A stretch of DNA of 64,000 nt from Geosiphon pyriformis uo1. Its lineage: Eukaryota; Fungi; Glomeromycota. The stretch covers positions 136,733-200,732 of the forward strand of contig JAAOMT010000261.1 in the NCBI GenBank assembly GCA_016748015.1, written 5' to 3'. The translations under genes and the position numbers were made by a program. Every line of letters begins with the position of its first letter. Position 1 is the first letter of the stretch. The notes under the pieces are model-generated. The model was not told where the DNA came from and ran no database searches. It worked only from the letters and a program-made list of their open reading frames with translations. Shown piece after piece: positions 44,296 to 55,579 of this stretch.

Positions 44296-47090
44296 AGAAA
44301 AAGAAACGTACCAATCAACTTCATGGAGAAAAATAATAACCAAATAGAACTTATTTACATTGACACAGTCATTTCTATCCCTTCTTACTAACAATACATC
44401 CTCAAGGTAAATCAAAAAATCCAAGATTAAGTCCTGTTATTTGAAGCCAATCTTGAAATCTGTTCTTTAGCTAATGTTGTTAACTTATACCTACTGGCCA
44501 AAGCCCATAAATACTTCAAAATTTTCATCTACAACTCCACAAAAGATGTAATTGAAATCCCCAAAGAGACTTTTGTTGGTTTCATTTTACCAGACATTCA
44601 ACATTCCAAAAAACCCCAGCCCATTTTAGATTTTACACAGCTATTCTTATTTTGCAATATTATCTCACAAATATAGAACTTGCCAAAAGAAAATTACTTG
44701 TTTATGCCAAAAGAAATCAATAAATTAAATCTCAAAAACTTAAGTACCCTGCAGCAAATGCAACTCAAGGTTCTCTTGAATCAATATACCAATGTCTTTA
44801 TCAACAAAATAAGTTTGGATACACTAATATTGTGAAACATCAGATTAATACAGAAAACACTTGACCTATTAAACAATGGACTTACCAAGTACCCCCATCT
44901 GGCAACAATTTTATCAAACAAAAAGTCTAATGAATACTTAACAATGGCTTAATCAAGGAATTGTTAAGCCTTTAATCCTCTCCAGTAGTTCTGGTCACCA
45001 AGAAAAATGGAAAAGTACAATTTTGTGTGAATTACTGAAAATTAAATAGCATTATTCAAGAAGATAGTTATCTCACTCCTCTTATCCAAGAAATTCTGGA
45101 CAATCTAGGAAAAAAGAAATAATTGTTGTTATTAGATCTAATCAGCAGATATTGGCAAATCAAAATGAATTCCAAAGATAAAAAAAAAATGGCATTTACC
45201 ATTTAAGACAGAAACTTTGAGTTCAATATAATGCCCTTTGGACTCTACAACACTCCTACCACATTTCAATGCCTTATGGATGTCATGTACAAAGGAATTC
45301 TTTAGAAATCAGTTGTAATTTACTTAGACAACACAAACATATTCTTTGAAACATTCAATAATCATCTGCTCCACCTTCAACAAATCTTTGAACACCTTCA
45401 AAATGCTGAATTAAAACTTAATCCCAAGAAATGTTTCTTTAGGAAAACCAAGTTGAAATTTCTAAGACATATAATCAGCAAAGATAGAGTCAAACCCGAT
45501 CCAGACAAGGTCTAAAAAGTTAAAAATTTTCTAGCCCCAATTAACTTTTAAGAGGTATGAGGATTTTTAGGATTGGCAAGATACTACCACTAATTCATCA
45601 AAGAGTTTTTAACTATCACAAAACTCCTTTACCACTTGTTGTCTAAATATGTGCTATATCTGTGGAAAAAAGATCAACAAAAAACCTTTAACTATTTCAA
45701 GCAGCAACTAATCACATTCCCAATATTGATTTACTTTGATTTCACTAAATGTTTTATTGTCACTACAAACATCTCAAAAAATGCATTAGAAGCTGTTTTG
45801 TCACAAATAGGACCAGATAACAGAGAACATCCAATTGTGTATGCTAATCATAGCACAAGTCCAGCTGAAAAAATTTACAGCACAACAGATCTAGAATGTC
45901 TCATCATCTATTGGGCAGTATAAACATGGAAATACTACCTTAGTCAACCATTTGACTTATATACAGATCATAAAAAACTCATTTGGTTACTCAATAATCC
46001 ACAACTAGAAAAAAAATATGCAAGATAAAGTACTTATTTGCAACAATTCCTATTCAAAGTTTATTACAAGGAAGAATCTAAAAATACCAATGCCAACAGT
46101 TTGTCAAGGATGCCACAAATCTAATCTCAAACCCATGGACACATTCACTTATTAATGACTACATCAGTACCTATTGACATTACATTTCAAAGATATATTA
46201 TCTCAACAAAAACAAAGTATTATATAAAAACAAGCCCAAAATTATTTTATTCAAGACAACCAACTATATTAATGAGAATGCCAAAACCATTCCACCCCAT
46301 AATGAGTTATAAAGAACAATAAAAAGGAAACTATATTACATAGTATGTTTTTGGATTATTGCATGTTCAGGAAGTCAGTGGTGGTATTAATCCAACCACA
46401 GAACATTTTAACAAAGATGCTATTCTTAAAAAAACACTAAATTTATACTATTGGCCAACAATGTACAAAGAAATTTTTGAATACATGCTCAATTGTAACT
46501 TATGCCAGTAAAGAAAAAGAGCAAGATCAACAGAACCACTTTGACCCATTTCAGTTGGAAATCTATTTGATAGAATTGGGATTGATTTGGTTGGATCTCT
46601 TTTAATTACATCTTATGAAAATCATTATATTACTGTAGCTGTAAATTATCTTACAAAATGGTCAGAAGCCAGAGCAATCCAAGTAGCTAACACCAACACA
46701 GTAGCCAAATTTGTGCATCAAAACCTAATTTGCTGACATGGATGCTCAAAAGAATTATTATCTGATCAAGAAACACATTTCATTAATAATATGCTAACTG
46801 AATTAAGCCAACAGTTTGGAATAAAGCAATTCTTATTGTTACCATACCACCCACAAATGAACAGACTAGTAGAACAATTTAACCGAACATTGTGTGAAGC
46901 ACTAGCAAAAATAAGTCATAAAAACAAACAAAAATAAGACTTATTTATACCTTCTGTACTCTTTACATACCAATATTATCTGAGTAGAAAAACCAAAAAG
47001 TCATAGAAAAACGTGACAAAAAAATGTGACAAGAAAAACATGTGACAAGAAAAACATATTACAACTCAAAGTAACATAGGACAAATGCAA

Positions 47091-47215
47091 GCAATAGTTA
47101 GCAATAACAAGTAATAGCTAGCAATAATAAGCAATAGTTAGCAATAATAAGCAATAGCTAACAATAACAAGTAATAGCTAGCAATAACAAAACAATAGCT
47201 AGCAATAGTGAAGCA
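47091..47215 (+). repeat. 20-bp tandem repeat (GCAATAGCTAGCAATAACAA) in the 5' LTR of C
   Basis: Five full units plus a partial one. Confidence 0.9.
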
Positions 47216-48079
47216 ATCGAAAGCAATCCTATAGAACAAAAAAAAATGTATAAAAATGAGTAACTGTAAAAGTTAAAAAGACATCCAAAGAGAAAATTAG
47301 ACTTTCAAAAGTCAATTAGACTCTTAAAGTCAATTAGACTTACAGGCCATAATTATTAAATACTACTTCTTTCAAGGATAGTTGCTATCAACCAAAATGG
47401 AATTATATTAATAAAATATTTCTTCAATTCTTCAAATTCATGTTATTAATCCATTACTTAATCTGCTGGCACAATAGCTCTTGATTATGGCTATTGACAG
47501 GACACTTATTTCTTATTTTATTTTTTTTATTTTTTTATTTTTTTTTATTTTTTTTATTTTTTTCTTGTGGAGCAGCAATATAGAAAAATTAACTGTCTGG
47601 GAATAGACTTTGTGATAGCCTGATAAAAGAAGGAAGCTTTCCCTAAGTTTTTGGATATTAATATTATCTTGATAGCTTATCAAAAGTACGAAAAGACAAT
47701 GCTGGACCCTAATGACTGTGCTTGTTAACTCGAAGAAGAAAGCTTACCATTATAAGAAGTTGCAATCAGCAAAAACCAAAACTCTGTGCCTTATAACCAA
47801 AAAACTCAACAGGTAAATTCTCATTCAAAAAAGACTTTTAGAGACTAATAAACATCAACTCTGGAAAAACATGCAACCTTAAAATACTAATTAGAGCACT
47901 AAATATTACCACCATATCCCACCAAGTTTACTCATAACATTTGGTGCTTCCTGTAAGGTTATAAATCCACAAAGACTGAATCCTTAGAAATTCACAAAAG
48001 TAAAAGGCCAAGAGAAAACAAGGGAAAAATCACTTAGGATTCACAAAATCTTTATTTTAGTATTTCCTTCAAAAAACTC

Positions 48080-48560
48080 ATTAAATTAAAACTCTGATTA
48101 TTCAAAACCCAAACATTAAAACCCTGAACATTTGAAATTTACCTTTGATAAACTTGTAAAACTTGTTAAATTAAAACTCTGATTATTCAAGACCCAATTG
48201 TTTAAAAACTTGTTAAAATTAAAAACTCCGAAAATTATTCAAAACCTAATAATTCTAACTCTGCTATTGTATAAAGAAACTTATCTTCGATAAAACTCGT
48301 TAAAACTCTAATTTTTCAAGACCCAATAGTTCAAAATCCGAACATTTAAAACCTAATAAATTCCAATTCCACTAGTATAGAAAGAAACTTACCTTTAGTA
48401 AAACTTGTTAAAATTAAAACTTCAATTATTCAAGACTCAATTATTCAAAACCTGAATATTCAAGACCCGATAAGTCCAATCCCACTATTATACAAGGAAA
48501 CTTACCTCAGATAAAACTCATCAAACCTTTAGAAATTCAAAACTCCAATTATTTAAAGAT
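48080..48560 (+). repeat. Compound tandem repeat (~110-bp units with 15-bp subunits) inside C
   Basis: Recurrent GAAACTTACCT..GATAAAACTCGTTAAA and ATTCAARACCC motifs. Confidence 0.8.
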
Positions 48561-50704
48561 CTGTTGAAAGAATTCCAGAAAAAAAACTACCCAGATTCAT
48601 ACTTACTTGTGTGAAAACTGCCTTCTTCCATGCCAAAAGTCAGTGCTGAGAAAGTGTCAATACAAAAAAAACTTAGAAAAAAAAAAGAAATTTGAGAATC
48701 AGCAGTACCAAAATCAATCAACAAATCATCAAAACTTATCTGATGGCCCCAAGTCACAATCCACTTTCATGCATCATATATTTGAACTCCAAAGAAAACA
48801 AGCCAATCAGTAAGAATTGGAATCAGAACTTAATTCCAATTCAAACTCTACTAATGATAACAATGACAATTCAAATTCTACCAACAATAACAACAATAAT
48901 TCAAACTCCATTTCAAATACTAAACAATATATCACATTTCTAGATCTTATAATGAAGCAAAAATTAACTTAATTTAGTGATAATAATAAGGGCATTATGG
49001 CTAAACATGCACATAATATGAATGCAGGATTTGAAATTAAATATTTTGGACAGACCCCTATAATTTAAAAAAAAACACTATTCACATACCAAAATAGATT
49101 TAAAAATAGCAATAAAAAAAAATTTAGAAGATTTTGCAGGAGCTCAATTCTAAAAAAGAGGGATAATATTACCTGAGTAGAAAAACCAAAAAGTCATGGG
49201 AAAATATAACAAAGAAATATAACAAGAAAAATGCATTATAATTTGAAGTAACATAGAACAAACACAAACAATAGCTAGCAATAACAAACAATAGCTAACA
49301 ATAACAAAACAATAGTTAACAATAGTGAAGCAATTGAAAGCAATCCTGTAGAACAAAAAAATATATAAAAACAAATAGCTCTAGAAGTTAAAAAGACATT
49401 CAGAAAGAAAATTAGACTTTCAGGAGTCAATTAGACTCACAGGCCATAATTATTAAATATTACTCCTTTCAAGAATAGTTGCTATCAACCAAAATAGAAT
49501 TATATTAATAAAATATCTCTTCAATTCTTTAAATCCATGTTATTAATCCACTATTTAACCTGCTGGCACAATAGCTCTTAATTATGACTATTAACAGGAC
49601 ACTTATTTCTTATTTTATTTTTTTTATTTTTTTATTTTTTTTTATTTCCTTTATTTTTTTTTATCTTTTTTATTTTTCTCTTGTGGAGTAGCAACATAAG
49701 AAAATTAATTGTCTGGGAATAGACTTTGTGATAGCCTGATAAAAGAAGGAAGCTCCTTTTAGGTTTTTAGATATTAACGTTATCTTGATAGCTTATCAGA
49801 AGGGCAAAAAAACAATGCTGGACCCTAATGACTACACTCATTAGCTCGGATAAGAAAGCTCATCATTATAAGAAGTTGCAATCAGCAAAAACCAAAACTC
49901 TGTGCCTTATAACTAAAGAATTCAATGAGTAAATTTTTATTCAAAAAAGACTTTCAGAGATTAATAAACATCAATCCTAGAAAAACATACAACCTTAAAA
50001 TATTAAATTAGAACACCAAACATTACCACTATACTCCACCAAGTTTATCCATAACATCAAACATTGAAACAAAATATGACTCAGTTTACATCATTCAAAC
50101 TAATCTATAGAAGAAAAACTACATTACCAATTGAATAAGTGATACCATCATATCCAACAGAAACAATCAACAAAGAAAATTTTGAAGCTATCTTACACCA
50201 AAAAATATACTAGCTAATAAAAACATTGGAAAACAATTGAAGAATAATAGCTGACAATATTAATCACACTCAAGAATGACAAAAAGAAAAACATAATAAC
50301 TGCCTACCAAAACAATCAATAGAATTCAAGATTGGAGACCAAGTACTATTACATTGTATAAAAGCTGAAAAACAATAGAGTGAAAAGTTTGACCCAAAGT
50401 GGGACAGTTCATTCCACATATACAAAGTTTTAGGAAATGGAGCTTACAAATTACAATTGGAAGACAGGATTTTAAAGAAAGTAGTACATGGAAATCAGTT
50501 AAAAATTTATTATACAAAACAGGAATCATCATTATTAGTATCTCAACTAGGAACACAAATTTCATTAATTAAACCAGAAAATATATCATGAGATCTGAAA
50601 CCAATCATTGTCATCGAAATGTAGCCAACATGCAGCAAATTAAATTAGGGAATTCAAATATATATAGCATTCAAAAAACAGTAAGAAACAATAAAACTTT
50701 CAAT

Positions 50705-51442
50705 ATGGATTTGTTAGATCAAATTCTACAACTCTCAAAACAACTATTTGATGCAATTCAACAATTTTCTGCTCAAATAGAAATAACAATTAATAGAAAA
50801 AAAATATGCTATAAAAATAGAAGCAAAAAAGAAATGAGTATGAGTTTAACTAAAACTAACTATTCTCATCTTTATACTCTGTCCAAAAAAAGAATTTTAC
50901 AAAAAGGAATTAAATTATCTCAGGCAGGACTTGAAAAAAGAGTGGAGAAACAAGAAAAAGTTTATAAAAGAAGATACTTGGTCTCTGAATTAGAAAAAAT
51001 TAAAGAAGTTTTAGCTCATGAGATTGATCTTCCTGAAACAGGAGAATAGACACCAAACAACACAAAGGAATAGAAAAAAAGACTTTCTCCAGCTTATTGG
51101 TTCTACAAAATATGTGAACAATTAGACTTAAAGATGCCATATGGAGACTTCAGCCAGAAAACTTTTAACAAAGAAGCAATGCAACAAGTAGAAAAATTTG
51201 TAGAAAAAAGCAATCTGACCCTATATTACAAAACAGCATACCAATTATATGCTGCTTTTCAATATTGTCCAAACATACTATTATATGGATCTATAAAGAT
51301 AATAACAATTAACAACATAAGATGAATTACCAATTGACAGTTCAAAAACCTATAAAAAACAATACTCAACACAACCATTGAACATTACACAAATGAAGAC
51401 ATAAAAACAAATACATATGATTTTGCAGAAGCTTAATTCTAA
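50705..51442 (+). pseudogene. ORF3 of B+ (unknown function)
   Basis: One frame from MDLLDQIL to FAEA*F*, with internal stops of transition type; homolog at 53916-54650. Confidence 0.75.
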
Positions 51443-54400
51443 AAAGAGAGGGATAATGTTACCTGAATAGAGAAATTGATCCAAAGTTATAAAAAAATGT
51501 GGCTAGAATATGACATAATACAGAATAGTGTGCAATAATATTGGATAATACATTATAATTTAAGATAGTGCAAGATAATGTATTATAATGTAGGATAATA
51601 CAGAATAACATATAATAACACTAGATAATGTGTTATAATGTAGGATAACTAGTAATAATATAGAAAAACAAAGCAATAACAGAAATAACAAAGCAATAGT
51701 TAGCAATAACAAAAAAATCAAAAGCAATTCTATAAAACCAAAAGAATATATAAAAGTGAGTAATTATAAAAGGTAGAAACAAGAGACAAATAGATACAAA
51801 CCATTAAACAAGAATCAAATATCCATATTTTTTCATTATTTATTATATTCTATATTTATCTTCTGAAATAAATCAATTATTAAGAAATCAGAATCATGAA
51901 TTCATGTTTTCAAACTTTGTGGAATTTACATGAATTAACCATTGTTTCATATCTTTATTCCAGGACAGATGCTCTTAGCATAATTACCTTGAACTATTAA
52001 CAATTTGGACCAATTGTTCTTGATCATGACAATTGACAATATTAATTTATCTTTTCTTTTATTTTATTTTTTTTCTTTTATTTTCTTTTTCTTTTTTTCT
52101 TTTTCTCTTGTGGAATAGCAACATAGTAAAATTGACCGTCTGAAAATAGATTTCGTGATAGTCTGGTAAAAAAAAAAGCTCCCTCTAGGTTTTTGGATAT
52201 TAATGTTATCTTGATAGCTTACCAAAAAGGCAAAAAGACAACACTAGACCCTAATGACTATGCTTGTTAGTTTGGAAAAGAAAGCTCACTTTTATAAGAA
52301 GTTGTAATTAGTGAAAACCAAAACTCTGTGCTTTATAACCAAAAAACTCAACAAGTAAATTCACAACCAGTAAAATAAGACCTTCAAAGACTGATAATTA
52401 AGATTAAGCCACCAAAATTATGTAAAACACACCTTACCAATAATTAAGAGCATCAAATGTTACCATTTTCTTATCCCACCAAGTTTACTTGTAACATTGG
52501 GAAATTAAAAAATACACTAAACAAAAATTCTCCATCACTTTTGCAAACAAAGAAAAAAAAAGGTTACAAACACCAGTAGGAACCTCAAAGCAAATACAAC
52601 TACCTATTTGGAAGAAACAAAGATTTGATTTACCTACTAATCCATCATATTATCACACATTTAACTATTAATATAATAGACACATTTATAGTAAGCACAT
52701 TTATAGTAAGCATAACAACACCATTAAACAAAATCACATTCCAAAGTAAACAAAAGAAAGCAAAGTTATTAGGAACATACAGTGATTATTTTGAGGGATT
52801 TAAATTATGATCCCTAATACCATCAAAAATTTAATCATCACTATCACAACCAGATTTTGAAGCCATTGTTACAAGTAAACTTGGTGGGTATGGGAAATAG
52901 TAACATTTAGTGCTCTCAATTATTAATAATACATCTTCTATGTAATTCTGTTGGCTTAGTCTTGATTATTAGTCTCTAAAGGTCTATTCCTGAATGTGAA
53001 TTTACCCATTGAGTTCTTTTGCAATATTTTCCATAAATGTGAGCTTTTTTCTCTAAGTTAATGAATGCAGTTGTTAAGGTCTGGTGTTGTTTTTTTGCTC
53101 TTCTAATAAGCTGACAAGATAATGTTAATATCCAAAACTTAGGGGGAGCTTTCCTCTTTTACCAGGCTATTATGAAGTCTATTCCCAGACAGTCAATTTT
53201 ACTATGTTGCCACTCCACAAAAAAATAAAAAAGAAAAAAAAAAGAAAAAGAAAAGAAAAGAAAAGAAAGAAAAGATAAATTAGTATTGTCAATTGCTGTG
53301 ATCAAGAGCGATTGGTCCAAATCATTGATTGTTTGAGATGGTTATGCTAAGAGCATCTGTCCTAGAACAAAGATACTAGACAAGGGTTAATTCACGTAAA
53401 TTCCACAAATTTCGGGAACATGAATTCGTAACTCTGATTTCTTTAATAATTGGTTTATTTCAGAAGATAAAATAGGGAGGATAATAAATGATGAAGAGGT
53501 ATAGATATTTGATTCTTGTCTAAAGGTTTGTATCTATCTGTCTGTCTGTCTTTTCTAACTTCTACAACTACTTGCTTTTATACATTCTTTTGGTTTTACA
53601 GGATTGCTTTCAATTGTCTTATTATTGCTAACTATTGCTTTGTTATTTCTGTTATTGCTTTGTTTTTCTATGTTATTGCTAGTTATTCTATGTTATAACA
53701 TGTTATCTGATGTTATTATATGTTATTCTGTGTTATCCTGCATTATAACACATTATTCTACATTATTGTGTGCTATTCTGTGTTATCCTACATTATAACA
53801 TGTTATTCTACATTATAATGCATTATCTAATATTATTGCACTATTCTGTGTTATGTTATGTTTCTTCATAACTTTGGATCGGTTTTTCTACTCAGGTAAC
53901 ATTATCCTTCTCTTTTTAAAATTGAGCTCCTGCAAAACTATATGTATCTGTTATCATGGCTTCATTTGTGTAATGTTCGATTGTTGCCTCGAGTATTGTT
54001 TTTTGTAGATCTTTGAACTATTAATTGGTTATTTGTCTTATGTTATTAACCATTATGGTTTTCATAGATTTGTTCAGTAGTACATTTGGGCAATGTTAAA
54101 AGGTGGCATATAGTCTGTATGCTGTTTTGTAATATAGGGTCAGGTTGTTTTTCTCTACGAATTTTTCTACTTGTTGTATTGCTTCTTTGTTGAATGTTTT
54201 TTGGTTGAGATCTTTATATGGTGTCTTCAAGTCAAGCTGTTCTCCAATTTTGTAGAACCAATAAGCTGGAGGAAGTCTTTCTTTCCATTCCTGGGTGTTG
54301 TCAGGTGTCCACTCTTCTGTTTCAGAGTGTTCGGTCTCACGAGCTAAAGCTTCTTTTATTTTTTTGAACTTAGGGACCAAGTATCTTCTTTTGTAACCTT

Positions 54401-55579
54401 TTTCTCATTCTTTGCCTCTTTCTTTTTCATCTTCCACCCGAAGGCAATTTTTCCTCCAACATTGCCTTTCGGGTAGTGGGTAGGGGAGGGAATGTTTAGT
54501 TCTAATTGAACTCTCATCCTCCCCTTTCCTGCTCTTATCTTTGTACCATATCTCTTTTTTATCAATTGTTATTTCTATTTGAGATGTCAATTTTTGAATT
54601 GTTTTAAATAATTGTTTAGATAATTTTAAAATTTGATCTGAAAGATCCATGTTGAAATTTCTATCATTTCTTGCTGCTTTTTGGATGCTATATATATTTG
54701 AATTCTCCAATTTAATTTGCTGCATGTTGTCTATGTTTTGATGATGATGATTGGTTCCAGATCTTATGGTATATCTTCTGGTCTGATTAATGAAATTTGT
54801 GTTCCTAGTTGAGGTACTGATGACAATGATTCTTGTTTTGCATGATAAATTTTTAACCGATTTCCATGCATTACTTTTTTTAAAATCCTGTCTTCCAATT
54901 GTAGTGTTATAGTTGAAACCCATAATTTTTATTAGTTATCACATGTATTAGCCACTCTATTTTTAGATAGTGATTATTGACCTAGTCGTTGACCTGGTTG
55001 TTGACCACTTTCATTAGCTATATAAGCAATAAGTCTCTTAGCTGTAGAAAATCATCTCTCAGACAAGAATCAAATAAATAAAAATAACAACTTTCATTTT
55101 AATCACTCTCTTATTACTAATTTCCCTTTTCCTACCTTCAAGTATCTGAACATCTTAGGATAAAAGATTACTTGTTGGCTTTTTCCTGTTTGAATAATTG
55201 TAGTATTTGAAGACTATTTGTATAAATGTGACTGAAGAACACAAGTTGATACCTTATATTGAATTCTAAGAGTGCTGACATAAAGGCATAGAATTAATAC
55301 CAACAGTAATCAATTGTTGACAGTATGGACTATCCCTCTACCTTTAGATTCCCCAGTTATCTTTGAAAAGAATAATGACTGAGATATTTTATGAGACTGA
55401 TCTCGCATATTGAATTCATACTTATTCAATTCACTCTTTAAAGTTGAATTCCCCTTTGATTATTTCCATTACTCTACAATCCTGTTCTCCCTTGCTATCC
55501 GTTAGTTTGTTACTCCAATACATAACATAAAAGTGGTGCTCCCTGTGAGGTTGTTAAAATTCACTTATTCCCTCATTGT

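Larger units (their letters stand above)
46974..50056 (+). mobile_element. Non-autonomous LTR element C (LTRs 46974-47939 and 49167-50056) inserted in the B+ integrase
   Basis: B-like LTR termini; PBS at 47942; PPT at ~49152-49163; TSD CCAA/TCAA; host integrase resumes at 50061; no RT or IN inside. Confidence 0.9.
39217..52496 (+). mobile_element. Complete degenerate Gypsy element B+: LTRs 39217-40272 and 51457-52496, TSD TTGG; gag-PR-Zn-dUTPase-RT-RH, separate IN, ORF3
   Basis: Paired LTRs TGTTACCTGA..TAACA; TTGG at 39213-39216 and 52497-52500; PBS at 40275; CCHC knuckle CNCYYCQKSGHI..C; RT YLDN; PPT AAAAAGAGAGGGA. Confidence 0.93.
38024..52866 (+). mobile_element. Gypsy element A2: 5' LTR (38024-38884), PBS (38887-), gag split into ~38917-39216 and 52501-52866 by B+, then cut by B-
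   Basis: LTR similar to A1; gag reads through the B+ insertion (ITEINW|EIKKYTKQKF), matching A1 gag. Confidence 0.85.

Noticed and set aside
47091-48560. Repeat arrays as CRISPR
   Set aside because: No unique spacers, no cas genes, eukaryotic LTR context.
39320-53798. Hydrophobic ORFs 39320-39571, 49150-49374 and 53516-53798 as membrane proteins
   Set aside because: Antisense translations of A-rich LTR minisatellites.
55534-55551. tRNA gene
   Set aside because: Only a ~17-nt complement of a tRNA 3' end (PBS); no cloverleaf.
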